In this document: positions 28,072 through 37,843 of the stretch, piece by piece | Position numbering within the stretch: position 1 is the first letter of the stretch | Layout: each line of letters begins with the position of its first letter | NCBI GenBank assembly: GCA_963715745.1 | Contig: OY970271.1 | Location: 499,129 to 563,128, forward strand | Source: an uncultured Ignavibacteriales bacterium | GTDB lineage: Bacteria; Bacteroidota; Ignavibacteria; Ignavibacteriales; Ignavibacteriaceae | Direction of reading: 5' to 3' | Length of the DNA: 64,000 nucleotides | Translations under genes and position numbers: made by a program | Notes under the pieces: model-generated | Databases searched by the model: none | What the model saw: only the letters and a program-made list of their open reading frames with translations | Told to the model about the DNA's origin: nothing

Positions 28072-28215
28072 TTATACAAACTTAAAATAATGTAAGGTTG
28101 TAAAAAATAGCTTAACGCAAAGCGAAGAATACCATTGTCGTTTCGAAAGAACAAAGTGACTGCCTGTCCACCGAAGCTTCAACGTAAGTGGGAATCTTTT
28201 TTATGCGTGCGGGTA

Positions 28216-28242
28216 AACTAAAAAGGGGCACTTAGTGCCCCT
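28216..28242 (-). terminator. rho-independent terminator after the BNR/T9SS gene
   Basis: On the minus strand, the hairpin aggggcactaagtgcccct is followed by ttttt. Confidence 0.8.
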
Positions 28243-28258
28243 GGATATTAATGCTTCC

Positions 28259-29731
28259 TTATTTCATCAGAACCATCTTTTTTGTTTCTGTATTTTTACC
28301 TGTAAAGATGCTGTAAAAGTAAACACCGCTTTGAAGCTTACTCCCATCAAATTCAATTTGGTATATTCCGGCAGACTTTTCTTCATTTAACAATGTTTCG
28401 ATTTCATTACCCAGTATATCATAAACCCTTATCTGAACTTCTGATGATTGAGGGATAGAGTATTTTATTATTGTTTTTGGATTAAAAGGATTGGGATAAT
28501 TCTGATCAAGCATAAATGTATTAGCAGGGATATTTATATCATTAATATTTGTAACCATACCACCGGAATTATCGGTAAATAAAACAAGCCCGGTTTGAAT
28601 GAGATACGATCCCGGTATGTACCATCTCGATTTGTTCACTAGCTTTGCATCCCTGAAAATGTAATTAAAAAGCTTGGGGTGCAGAGTGTAATCCCAGTTG
28701 TTCCCGCCATCCAGGGAAATTTCAATGAAAGGAGTATTATCAATAATCGGCTGATGAAAACCGTAAACCAGTACAACCCCGGAGTCACGGAGAGCTTCCA
28801 TTCCCGCAATTATGTGCTGGACCGTGTATGTGTGCAATTCATTCCAGCTTATTCCCAGGTCAGTCGATTTATAAATAAATGCATTATCGGAAAGAGTAAA
28901 TCCCTCAATTAAAATATTATTTAAATCAACACAGGTAACACGGGAAACAGAGTAGGTGCCGCCGACAAAACTTTTTACCCAGGTTTCACCTGCATCAGTT
29001 GTTCTCAGAACTATTCCATTCCCGGAATCTTCACCTACAGCAATACCGGTTTGATTATCAATAAAATCAATGTCATTTATCAGCAGGTTCAAAGTGAACG
29101 GGTAAACGTAATACCAGTTGTTTCCCCCGTCTGTTGTTTTTAATATGCAGTAACTGTTGCCTGTGGGAGAAATGCCAGTAACGCAACCTGTCTGATGGTC
29201 AATAAAAGACATTCCGACCAAAGCATGGACAGTATCATCAAATGAACCTTTCGGGTGCCACGATAATCCTCCGTCAGTTGTTTCAATAAAGTAGCCTGTG
29301 AATTCTCCCTGACGCAAAGATTCGTTCACAAAATCTTCAGGGTTATTTTGAATGTCAGGTTTATCCGGGAGAGGATGCTGTGTATTTGTTGTTGTCCAGG
29401 TGACGGATTTATTATATGCCCCTGTACCATAAGCTAGTGAATCGTTGAACATCTGAACTTTTTCCAATATTCTCATTGAGTCAGGTATTGATGATTCAAG
29501 CCAGGTGTCCCCGCCGTTGTTCGTATAATAAACAGAACCGTAAAACTGTTGTGTGGCAACATAACCATAAAAGCCGCCAGTTATTCCGTGATCAGGGTTG
29601 TTAAAATCAATACTCAACATTACGTGCATATCACCCGGCACACCCGGTAATGTTTGCTGCATCCATTGCGGTTTTAAGTTTGTAGCAAATGTAAAAAAGA
29701 GAATTGCGATAAAGTAAATCATCTTTTTCAT
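28259..29731 (-). CDS. BNR/Asp-box repeat beta-propeller protein with T9SS C-terminal sorting domain
   Basis: 490 aa with a signal peptide and repeated Asp-boxes (TTDGGLSWH, TTDGGNNWYY, TTDAGETWVK, STDLGISWNE, SLDGGNNWDY). The C-terminus reads NYPNPFNP...VYFYSI...KKMVLMK. Confidence 0.85.
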   Translation of the reverse strand: MKKMIYFIAILFFTFATNLKPQWMQQTLPGVPGDMHVMLSIDFNNPDHGITGGFYGYVATQQFYGSVYYTNNGGDTWLESSIPDSMRILEKVQMFNDSLAYGTGAYNKSVTWTTTNTQHPLPDKPDIQNNPEDFVNESLRQGEFTGYFIETTDGGLSWHPKGSFDDTVHALVGMSFIDHQTGCVTGISPTGNSYCILKTTDGGNNWYYVYPFTLNLLINDIDFIDNQTGIAVGEDSGNGIVLRTTDAGETWVKSFVGGTYSVSRVTCVDLNNILIEGFTLSDNAFIYKSTDLGISWNELHTYTVQHIIAGMEALRDSGVVLVYGFHQPIIDNTPFIEISLDGGNNWDYTLHPKLFNYIFRDAKLVNKSRWYIPGSYLIQTGLVLFTDNSGGMVTNINDINIPANTFMLDQNYPNPFNPKTIIKYSIPQSSEVQIRVYDILGNEIETLLNEEKSAGIYQIEFDGSKLQSGVYFYSIFTGKNTETKKMVLMK

Positions 29732-29917
29732 ATTAATATTTTTTTATTCGATTGATGTTTCTATGAAGTAACTTTTCCGGAATTAGTCTAAGACGGTTTC
29801 AAATTACAAAGTTTTAAAGGAATAAGAAAATGTGAGGAGAACCCATCCCTTTCCATAGGAATCCCTTTGTGAAAATCCCTCGTGGAGTCCGATTGACTCG
29901 CCGAAGGACTTTCTGAT

Positions 29918-32533
29918 TTATTTATTAAACTTCAGTTTTCCCTTTTCACCAACGGTAATTTTAATCGTATCACCATCGCCGAAGTTACCTGCAAGCAGTT
30001 CCTGTGCAAGAGGGTTTGCAACGTACTTTTGTATTGTGCGTTTCAAAGGTCTTGCACCAAAAGTTACATCGTAACCAATGTTCACAAGCCAGTCTTTTGT
30101 TTCATCACCAATAATTAATTTAATATCTCTTGACTTCAGCATTTGGGCTACGCGGTTCAGCTGTATCTCAACAATCTGCCGTATTTCTTTATGAGTTAAC
30201 GGCTTGAAGAGAACAATCTCGTCAATCCTGTTCAGGAATTCCGGTCGTATGCTTTGCCTGAGCAGATCGCCAAGCTGTTCACGAAGCTTGCCCATTACAA
30301 TTTCAATCTGCGCATCATCAACACTGAACAAACTTTCCTGCAGCAAATGCGAACCGATGTTTGAAGTCATTATAATTATAGTATTCTTAAAGTTAACAGT
30401 TCGTCCCTGGTTGTCTGTAAGTCTTCCATCATCCAGAACCTGCAGCAGAACATTGAAAACATCCAGATGAGCTTTTTCAATTTCATCAAGAAGCACAACC
30501 GAGTAAGGTCTCCTGCGCACGGATTCGGTAAGCTGTCCGCCTTCTTCATAACCAACGTATCCCGGCGGTGCACCGATCAGCCGCGAAACAGAAAACTTTT
30601 CCATATACTCACTCATATCAATCCGTATCAATGCGTGCTCGTCATCGAATAAAAATTCTGCGAGTGCACGTGCAAGTTCGGTTTTGCCAACGCCAGTAGT
30701 TCCTAGAAATATAAACGAACCTACCGGTCTATCGGCATCCTGCATACCTGTCCGTGCTCTGCGGATTGCATTTGCAACTGCGGAAACAGCTTCATCCTGT
30801 CCGATAACTCTTTTGTGAAGTTCGTCCTCGAGTCTGAGCAGCTTGCTTCTTTCACTTTCCAGCATCCTGCTTACAGGAATGCCGGTCCACTTTGCAACTA
30901 CTTCTGCAATATCTTCCGCATCAACTTCTTCCTTAAGCATTTTTTTATCTTTTTGAATTTTTGCAAGCTCCTGCGTTTCAACTTTCAAATACTTTTCAAG
31001 CTCCGATATTTTTCCATAACGGAGCTCTGCAACCTTGCCAAGGTTCCCTTCCCTTTCGTATTTTTCTGCGAGAGTTTTTGCATTTTCAATTTCACTTTTC
31101 ATCGAGCGAATTTTCTGGATTCTTTCTTTTTCAAGATTCCAGTGTCCTTTTAATACTGTTCTTTGCTCATTTAAATCACTCAATTCTTTTTTCAATTCAT
31201 CAAGTCGTTTTTTGGAAGCATCATCTTTTTCACGCTTCAAAGCTTCGCGTTCAATTTCAAGCTGCTTAACTTTTCGTTCAAGTGCATCCAGCTCTTCCGG
31301 CATTGAATCAATTTCAATCCTTAGTTTTGAAGCCGCTTCGTCGATAAGATCGATTGCTTTATCGGGAAGAAATCGATCGGTGATGTATCTTTCCGAAAGT
31401 TGAGATGCAGCCACAATTGCACCGTCGGTTATTCTCACTCCGTGATGAACTTCATAGCGTTCCTTCAATCCTCTTAAAATAGAAATGGTATCTTCTTCGG
31501 AAGGTTCACTCACGAGCACAGGCTGGAATCTTCTTTCGAGCGCAGCATCTTTTTCAATGTATTTTCTGTATTCATCAAGTGTTGTAGCGCCAATAGTGTG
31601 AAGCTCGCCTCTTGCAAGTGCAGGCTTTAAAATGTTTGCGGCATCCATTGAACCCTGAGTTGAACCAGCGCCAACAACTAAGTGAAGCTCATCAATAAAT
31701 AATATTATTTCGCCATTTGATTCGGTTACTTCTTTAACAACGGCTTTCATTCTCTCTTCAAACTGTCCGCGAAACTGAGTTCCGGCAACAAGCGCACCCA
31801 TATCGAGCGCAACAATTCTTTTTGTCTTTAAAGTTTCAGGAACGTCACCGGAAACAATTCGGTGTGCGATACCTTCAGCGATTGCGGTTTTCCCTACTCC
31901 CGGCTCTCCAATTAATACAGGATTATTTTTTGTTCTTCTCGATAAAACCTGCAAGACTCTTCGTATCTCTTCATCTCTTCCAATCACCGGGTCAAGCTTC
32001 CCGATGCGTGCCATTTCATTTAAATCTCTTCCGTATTTTTTTAGTGATTGATAAGTGTCTTCAGGATTTTGAGAAGTTACTTTTTGTGTTCCTCTTACTT
32101 CTTTCAATGCCGTAAGAACTGCATTTCTTGAAATACCGTTATCGCGGAGAAGCTGTCCGGCTTTTCCTTTGTCTTCACTTAATGCAATTAAAAGGTGTTC
32201 GGTTGAGACGTACTCATCCTGTAACTTTTTAGCTTCATCTGCGGCTGTGTCAAGAAGTTTTGCAGTATTCTGCGACATCTGCTGGTTACCTACTCCTGCA
32301 CCTGAAACTTTCGACAGTGTCTCGAGCATTTCATTTGCTTTCAACTTTATTGAATTAGTATTGCCGCCGGCTTTTTTCATAATTGTGTCGGCAAGTCCGC
32401 CGTTTTCCTGTATAAGCGAAGCGAGCAGATGTTCCGGCTCGATTATTTGGTTGTTATAATTCTGTGCAATCTCAATTGCAGATTGAAATGCTTCCTGAGC
32501 TTTTACCGTTAGTTTATTAAAATTAAATGTCAT
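29918..32533 (-). CDS. clpB: ATP-dependent chaperone/disaggregase ClpB
   Basis: 871 aa with two AAA+ modules ([18 protein letters not shown]) and a long middle coiled coil. Confidence 0.97.
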   Translation of the reverse strand: MTFNFNKLTVKAQEAFQSAIEIAQNYNNQIIEPEHLLASLIQENGGLADTIMKKAGGNTNSIKLKANEMLETLSKVSGAGVGNQQMSQNTAKLLDTAADEAKKLQDEYVSTEHLLIALSEDKGKAGQLLRDNGISRNAVLTALKEVRGTQKVTSQNPEDTYQSLKKYGRDLNEMARIGKLDPVIGRDEEIRRVLQVLSRRTKNNPVLIGEPGVGKTAIAEGIAHRIVSGDVPETLKTKRIVALDMGALVAGTQFRGQFEERMKAVVKEVTESNGEIILFIDELHLVVGAGSTQGSMDAANILKPALARGELHTIGATTLDEYRKYIEKDAALERRFQPVLVSEPSEEDTISILRGLKERYEVHHGVRITDGAIVAASQLSERYITDRFLPDKAIDLIDEAASKLRIEIDSMPEELDALERKVKQLEIEREALKREKDDASKKRLDELKKELSDLNEQRTVLKGHWNLEKERIQKIRSMKSEIENAKTLAEKYEREGNLGKVAELRYGKISELEKYLKVETQELAKIQKDKKMLKEEVDAEDIAEVVAKWTGIPVSRMLESERSKLLRLEDELHKRVIGQDEAVSAVANAIRRARTGMQDADRPVGSFIFLGTTGVGKTELARALAEFLFDDEHALIRIDMSEYMEKFSVSRLIGAPPGYVGYEEGGQLTESVRRRPYSVVLLDEIEKAHLDVFNVLLQVLDDGRLTDNQGRTVNFKNTIIIMTSNIGSHLLQESLFSVDDAQIEIVMGKLREQLGDLLRQSIRPEFLNRIDEIVLFKPLTHKEIRQIVEIQLNRVAQMLKSRDIKLIIGDETKDWLVNIGYDVTFGARPLKRTIQKYVANPLAQELLAGNFGDGDTIKITVGEKGKLKFNK

Positions 32534-32600
32534 TTTATTTATTCACTTCCTTTGTGTCCTGTTATTTCGATCCAGAAAGATCGAGAAATTCCCCGCATTT

Positions 32601-32676
32601 GTCATTTCGAGCGAAGCGAGAAATCTTGCGTATTTTGTTTTAGGATTTCTCAGTCGTTTCACTCCTTCGAAATGAC
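32601..32676. repeat. intergenic hairpin repeat, family A
   Basis: The arm gtcatttcgagcgaagcgagaaatc pairs with gatttctcagtcgtttcactccttcgaaatgac. An additional small hairpin lies at 32563-32590. Confidence 0.8.
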
Positions 32677-32685
32677 AAGTATTAT

Positions 32686-34596
32686 TTAATACTCCTTCAC
32701 CTTAACATACCAGTCGCTGGATTCTTCAAGCATCTTATTCAATCTATTTATTAATTTATGCGGATCATCAAGATTACCTTCCAGCAGTAAAGCAGATTCG
32801 TATAATTGTTCCGTTACATTTTTAATGTAATCATCCCCCTCTGATTTTTTATAAACTTTCAACAGGTTCCTAACCAGTTTATGATCTTTATTTATTTCAA
32901 ATATTTTCTTCTGATCGCCAAAGCTTTGGTTTGTCATTTTCAAAATCTTCTGCATCGAGGCTGAAATTCCTTCTTCATCACTTACAAGACAAGAAGGACT
33001 GCCGGTTAATCTCTTCGATTCTTTTACATCTTTTACCCTGTCGCCCAAAATATCTTTCATTTTTGCGACCAGGCTGTCAAAGTGCAGAAGATCATCTTTT
33101 GAAAGCTCTTCAAGTTCAGATGATTTTTTATCAACACTTTCAAGCTTATCAAGCTTTTTAAGATCGGCTGTGTCAACCGATTTGAAATCATAATCTTTGA
33201 ATTTCCCGATTGAGCTAATAACAAACTCATCAACCGGATCAAAAAGATAGAGAACTTCAAGACCTTTGCTCTTGAATATTTCAAGATGCGGATCGAGAGA
33301 AATTGCGTCACGGCTCGGTCCGATTGCAAAGTAAATTTCCTTTTGGTCTTTTTTCATTCTGCCTGCATAATCTTCCAGCGAAACAAGTTCTTCAACGGAT
33401 TTTGCTTCAGAAGAATTAAATCTCAGCAGCGAAAGGAACTTTTCCCTGTTTGTAAAATCCATATAGCCGAGCTTGAAAACTTTACCGTGCTCTTTCCAGA
33501 ATTCAGCATATCGCTCGGGAGAATCTTTTGCAATTTTCTGCAGATGATTTAAAACCTGTGAAGTAACACTATTTGCAATTTTTGTGAAGATTATATTTTC
33601 CTGCAAAGTTTCGCGCGAGATGTTCAACGGTAAATCTTCGGAATCGACTACGCCGGTTACAAAACTTAAAAACTCGGGAAGCAAGTCTTTATTTTTATGC
33701 TGAATCAAAACTCTTCGAACATATAAATCCAGTCCGTAGTCTTCCCTGCCGAATCTCCAGAATTCATAGCTCTTTTTCGGAATGAACATCAAACTATTAA
33801 ACTGGATCGGCGCATCAACTGCAACATGAATTGTTTCAAATGGTTCTTCCGAATCATAGCTCAGTGATTTATAAAACTCATCGTACTGCTCTTTCTTCAA
33901 ATTAGATTTCGGTTCTCTCCAGATTGCAGCAATTGTATTAATTTTTTCATCTTTAACAAAAATCGGGAAACTGATAAACCGTGAGTGCTTTTTGACTGTC
34001 GATTCAATTTTGTATTTCTCTGCAAAATCTTTTGCATCATCTTTTAAATGAATTTCGATTGTTGTTCCGCGTTTTTTATCTTCATTTAATTCAGAAATCT
34101 CGTACTCCCCTGTTCCGTCGGATTTCCACAGAACAGCGGGCTCATCTTTTTTGAACGACTTTGTTTTGATAACGACATTTTCCGCTACCATAAAAACCGA
34201 GTAAAAACCTACACCAAACTTTCCTATTATGTTATTCGCATCCTGCTTATTGTCTTTTATCTGTTTCAGAAATTCAGCAGAGCCTGATTTTGCAATCGTT
34301 CCTATATTATTAATTAATTCGTCTCTTGTCATCCCGATTCCTGAATCGGAAATATTTAAAAGTTTTTTCTTCTCATCAAAATCAATTCTTATTTCAAGCG
34401 GCAGATCTTTATCAACCAGTTCTGTTCCTTTTGTCGATTCAAATCTTAATTTATCCAGGGCATCGGACGAATTCGAAATTAATTCGCGCAGAAAAATTTC
34501 CCTGCTTGTGTAAAGTGAATGAACGAGAATATCAAGCAGTTGCTTTATCTCAGCCTTAAATTCAATCTTTGTCGATGTAGATTTTTTATCAGCCAT
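32686..34596 (-). CDS. htpG: molecular chaperone HtpG (Hsp90)
   Basis: 636 aa with ELISNSSDALDKLRF and GKFGVGFYS. Confidence 0.97.
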   Translation of the reverse strand: MADKKSTSTKIEFKAEIKQLLDILVHSLYTSREIFLRELISNSSDALDKLRFESTKGTELVDKDLPLEIRIDFDEKKKLLNISDSGIGMTRDELINNIGTIAKSGSAEFLKQIKDNKQDANNIIGKFGVGFYSVFMVAENVVIKTKSFKKDEPAVLWKSDGTGEYEISELNEDKKRGTTIEIHLKDDAKDFAEKYKIESTVKKHSRFISFPIFVKDEKINTIAAIWREPKSNLKKEQYDEFYKSLSYDSEEPFETIHVAVDAPIQFNSLMFIPKKSYEFWRFGREDYGLDLYVRRVLIQHKNKDLLPEFLSFVTGVVDSEDLPLNISRETLQENIIFTKIANSVTSQVLNHLQKIAKDSPERYAEFWKEHGKVFKLGYMDFTNREKFLSLLRFNSSEAKSVEELVSLEDYAGRMKKDQKEIYFAIGPSRDAISLDPHLEIFKSKGLEVLYLFDPVDEFVISSIGKFKDYDFKSVDTADLKKLDKLESVDKKSSELEELSKDDLLHFDSLVAKMKDILGDRVKDVKESKRLTGSPSCLVSDEEGISASMQKILKMTNQSFGDQKKIFEINKDHKLVRNLLKVYKKSEGDDYIKNVTEQLYESALLLEGNLDDPHKLINRLNKMLEESSDWYVKVKEY

Positions 34597-34629
34597 ATTT
34601 ATAGTCTCCTTAAAAGATTTAATACAATT

Positions 34630-35556
34630 TTATTTTCTTATCCCAGATAAAGTTTTGAATAATTTTTTTTCTTCAGCATTCAGGTTTTTCGGAAGTTCAA
34701 CTTTTATCCTGATTATCAAATCACCAAATCGGTTTGAGTTTTCTTCAAGTGGATAACCCATTCCTTTTATTCTGAATAATTGTCCGTTGTCTGTCCCGGG
34801 GGGAATAGTCAGGTTAATATTTTTACCGCTTAAAGTTTTGAACTTCTTTTTATCACCCAGAACAGCAGAATACAAATCAATTGACAAATCGTAAATCAGG
34901 TTTGTTCCGTCAAATTCGTAGAACGGATGCTTCTGAATTTTTATTGTTAAATAAAGATCGCCTCTTTCGCCGCCGCTTTGTGAAGCTGCACCTTGCTTTG
35001 ATAATCTTAATCTTTTTCCGTCTTTGGTTCCGGGATTGATTTTAAGTCTTAGTTTTTTCCCTTCGATTGAAATCTCTTTAGTCGTTCCTGAAAATGCTTC
35101 TTCAAGCATTATGTATAGTGTTGCTTCATAGTCCGCACCTTTTGCAGTTCTACGAGATTTAAATTGATCACCACCAAAAGCACCACCGCCAAAGAAACTT
35201 TCGAAGAAATCAGAAAAGCCACTCATGTTTCCAAACATATCTTCAAAATTTCCTGAACCCCTGTATTGTCTTCCACCACCTCTACCAAATTGTGAAAAGA
35301 TATCGGAGAAGTCCTGTCCACCGGTTTGATATTGTTTCCAGTTTGAACCAAGCTGATCATACTTTTTTCTTTTTTCAGGATCGCTCAGAACTTCGTGAGC
35401 CTCACTGATTTCTTTAAACTTTTCTTCGGCTGATTTATCATCAGGATTCCTGTCCGGATGATATTTCATAGCAAGCTTGCGGTAAGCTTTTTTTATTTCA
35501 TCTGTTGAAGCATTCTTATCAACGCCAAGTATTTTATAATAATCTTTGAATTCCAT
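34630..35556 (-). CDS. cbpA: J-domain co-chaperone without zinc finger (CbpA-like, class B DnaJ)
   Basis: 308 aa with the J domain DYYKILGV...[10 protein letters not shown], a G/F-rich linker and no CXXCXGXG repeats. Confidence 0.85.
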   Translation of the reverse strand: MEFKDYYKILGVDKNASTDEIKKAYRKLAMKYHPDRNPDDKSAEEKFKEISEAHEVLSDPEKRKKYDQLGSNWKQYQTGGQDFSDIFSQFGRGGGRQYRGSGNFEDMFGNMSGFSDFFESFFGGGAFGGDQFKSRRTAKGADYEATLYIMLEEAFSGTTKEISIEGKKLRLKINPGTKDGKRLRLSKQGAASQSGGERGDLYLTIKIQKHPFYEFDGTNLIYDLSIDLYSAVLGDKKKFKTLSGKNINLTIPPGTDNGQLFRIKGMGYPLEENSNRFGDLIIRIKVELPKNLNAEEKKLFKTLSGIRK

Positions 35557-35603
35557 TTTTAAAAATTTTTATCTAAATTCTCTAAATCCAAATATCTAAA
35601 ATT

Positions 35604-35639
35604 CAAATAAAAAGGGTGGCTAACAAAGTTAGACACCCT
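35604..35639 (-). terminator. rho-independent terminator after hsp20
   Basis: On the minus strand, agggtgtctaactttgttagccaccct (10/11 bp stem) is followed by ttttatttg. Confidence 0.8.
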
Positions 35640-35664
35640 CATATTTCTTTAAATCAGAGATTTT

Positions 35665-36129
35665 TTAGTTAACAGAAATTTCAATCTCTTTTGGTTTTAC
35701 TTCATCAGCTTTTGGAATAGTGATGGTTAATTGTCCATCTTTGAAATCTGCTTTAATCTTATCTGCTTTAATTTCTTTTGGAAGAGTGAATGATCTGAAG
35801 TATTTTCCAAAAGTTCTTTCAATGCGATGAGATCTTGCATCTTTGTTTTCTGTTTCCTGAACTCTTTCGCCGCTGATGCTGAGTTCACCATTTGAGAAAG
35901 AAATCTTAACATCTTTCTTGCTAATTCCTGGAAGGTCAGCTTTAATTAGATAATTATCTTTGTCTTCAAAAATATCTGTCAACGGCATCCATACAGCATT
36001 TTCGTATCCGTTATCTTCTTTATTCTCAGCAGGGAAGCCGAACCTGTTTTCAAAATCTCTGAATACTCTGTTGAATTCTCGTTCAACATTGAAAAGATCT
36101 TTTACCGGATTCCATCTTACTAGTGTCAT
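35665..36129 (-). CDS. Hsp20/alpha-crystallin small heat-shock protein
   Basis: 154 aa with an alpha-crystallin domain (ADLPGISKKDVKISFSNGELSISGER...FGKYFRSFTLP). A strong GGAGG lies upstream of the ATG. Confidence 0.95.
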   Translation of the reverse strand: MTLVRWNPVKDLFNVEREFNRVFRDFENRFGFPAENKEDNGYENAVWMPLTDIFEDKDNYLIKADLPGISKKDVKISFSNGELSISGERVQETENKDARSHRIERTFGKYFRSFTLPKEIKADKIKADFKDGQLTITIPKADEVKPKEIEISVN

Positions 36130-36170
36130 TTTATTACCTCCTTTTTTTGTTTTTGTGATTTTGAAAATAT

Positions 36171-36190
36171 ATTTGCCATAATAATGCCAA
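36171..36190 (-). promoter_or_regulatory. candidate sigma54 (-24/-12) promoter for hsp20
   Basis: The minus strand reads TTGGCATTATTATGGCAAAT. It has GG-N10-GC spacing as in the consensus TGGCAC-N5-TTGCW and lies about 45 nt upstream of the hsp20 ATG. Confidence 0.4.
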
Positions 36191-36417
36191 AACGAAAATA
36201 GCTGTAACTAATTATAATTAAATAGGTTAAAGTAATTTATAAGATTCACATATATATGCCACAATGGCAATTATGTTGTCGCATTTAATTAAACCTGAAA
36301 TTAATAGGCAAAATTTCTGTCAAATTTTCATTTTTGGGATATAATTTAGAAACGGATTTAATAATTGTTAATCAAAGGTGGTTTAGTTAATTTTGCGCTC
36401 TGATTTTAAGATAAGTT

Positions 36418-37767
36418 ATGAGTATTAAAGAAGATACAATTGCTGCAGTTATTACACCTTCTGGAATAGGAGCAGTTTCGGTTATACGGTTGAGTGGAAT
36501 TGAAGCGTTTGCAATTACGGATTCCATTTTCAAGGGAAAATCGCTTATTTCTGAAGCAAAAAGCCATACGATCCACTATGGCAAAATTCAGAAAAAAAGT
36601 GAAGAAATTGATGACGTACTTGTATCAATATTTAAAAGTCCCAATTCTTATACCGGGGAAGACGTTGTGGAAATCAGCTTTCATGGAAGTCCATATATTT
36701 CCAAAAGAATTATGGAATTTCTGCTTGCAGGAGGTGCCAGAAATTCTGAGCCTGGTGAATTTACAAAAAGAGCATTTCTGAATAATAGAATTGATCTTGC
36801 CCAGGCTGAAGCTGTCGCAGATTTAATTGCCTCCCGGACTGAAGTTTCGCACAGAGGTGCCAGAAATCAGCTTGATGGGCTGCTTTCATCCAAGATTGAA
36901 AAATTGAGAGAGGAATTGACTAATTTAGCCTCTTTTGTGGAAATTGAGCTGGACTTTGCGGAAGAAGACATAGAATTTGTTCAGAAAGATGTTTTATTGA
37001 AGAGAATAGGGAATATTGCAGAGGAAATGGAAAATCTACTGAAAAGCTACAATTTTGGAAGAGTTTTAAAGGATGGAGTAAATGTGGCTCTGGTTGGGGC
37101 CCCAAATGTCGGAAAATCCTCATTAATGAACTATATATTAAAGGAATCCCGTGCAATCGTTAGCAAAATTCCTGGAACTACAAGAGATGTAATCAGAGAA
37201 GAAGTTTCAATAAATGGAATTTTATTTAAGCTTTTTGACACAGCAGGAATTCGGGTTTCTGAAGATGAAATAGAAAAAGAAGGAGTACTCCGCTCAAAAG
37301 AGGCAGTTAAGAATGCAGACTTGATCCTGTTTATCGGAGATACAGAACAGGGCTTTTCCGAGGAAATTCAAAATGTACTGGATAAAATTTCTGGAAAAAA
37401 TGTAATTAGTGTTTTGAATAAAATTGATCTTATGGATAAAGTTGATAAAGATTCAGATATTCAAATTTCAGCCTTGACTGGTAAAGGGATTAACGAATTA
37501 TTTGATAGAATGATTTCCTCTGTTTTTGACCAAGAAACTTACTCTGAGCAGGATATTGTTGTTTCAAATACACGTCATTATAATTGCCTTAAGAATGCGA
37601 AAAGTGCATTAGATGAGGCTTTTCATTCAGTGGAAAAGCAAATGAGCGGGGAGTTTATTTCTACTGACATAAGATCAGCAATTGATCATTTAAGTGAGAT
37701 TGTTGGAAAAATTTCCTCTGAGGATATACTAAATAACATTTTTTCAAAATTTTGTATTGGGAAATGA
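36418..37767 (+). CDS. mnmE: tRNA uridine-5-carboxymethylaminomethyl modification GTPase
   Basis: 449 aa with GAPNVGKSSL, DTAGIR and the C-terminal FCIGK. Confidence 0.97.
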   Translation: MSIKEDTIAAVITPSGIGAVSVIRLSGIEAFAITDSIFKGKSLISEAKSHTIHYGKIQKKSEEIDDVLVSIFKSPNSYTGEDVVEISFHGSPYISKRIMEFLLAGGARNSEPGEFTKRAFLNNRIDLAQAEAVADLIASRTEVSHRGARNQLDGLLSSKIEKLREELTNLASFVEIELDFAEEDIEFVQKDVLLKRIGNIAEEMENLLKSYNFGRVLKDGVNVALVGAPNVGKSSLMNYILKESRAIVSKIPGTTRDVIREEVSINGILFKLFDTAGIRVSEDEIEKEGVLRSKEAVKNADLILFIGDTEQGFSEEIQNVLDKISGKNVISVLNKIDLMDKVDKDSDIQISALTGKGINELFDRMISSVFDQETYSEQDIVVSNTRHYNCLKNAKSALDEAFHSVEKQMSGEFISTDIRSAIDHLSEIVGKISSEDILNNIFSKFCIGK

Positions 37768-37768
37768 T

Positions 37769-37784
37769 TGTTTCACGTGAAACC
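37769..37784. promoter_or_regulatory. parS (ParB-binding centromere-like site) 1
   Basis: TGTTTCACGTGAAACC matches the 16-bp parS consensus TGTTNCACGTGAAACA at 15/16 positions. Confidence 0.8.
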
Positions 37785-37813
37785 AGGGAAATGATGGTTG
37801 AACAGATAAATTC

Positions 37814-37829
37814 TGTTCCACGTGAAACG
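37814..37829. promoter_or_regulatory. parS site 2
   Basis: TGTTCCACGTGAAACG matches the consensus at 15/16 positions. Confidence 0.8.
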
Positions 37830-37843
37830 GAAACATTTGATAA

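Noticed and set aside
30204-32459. Many plus-strand ORFs of 61-122 aa (e.g. 30815..31153, 31035..31403, 32169..32459) opposite clpB
   Set aside because: They are shadow ORFs antisense to a well-supported 871-aa ClpB gene. Their composition is low-complexity Ser/Phe/Leu-rich and they lack start context.
36130-36417. hsp20-mnmE divergent spacer as oriC
   Set aside because: The gene-orientation switch and nearby parS make this tempting. However, only weak DnaA-box-like words are present (AGATTCACA, TATGCCACA at 6/9) with no box cluster. It is kept only as context in the parS finding.
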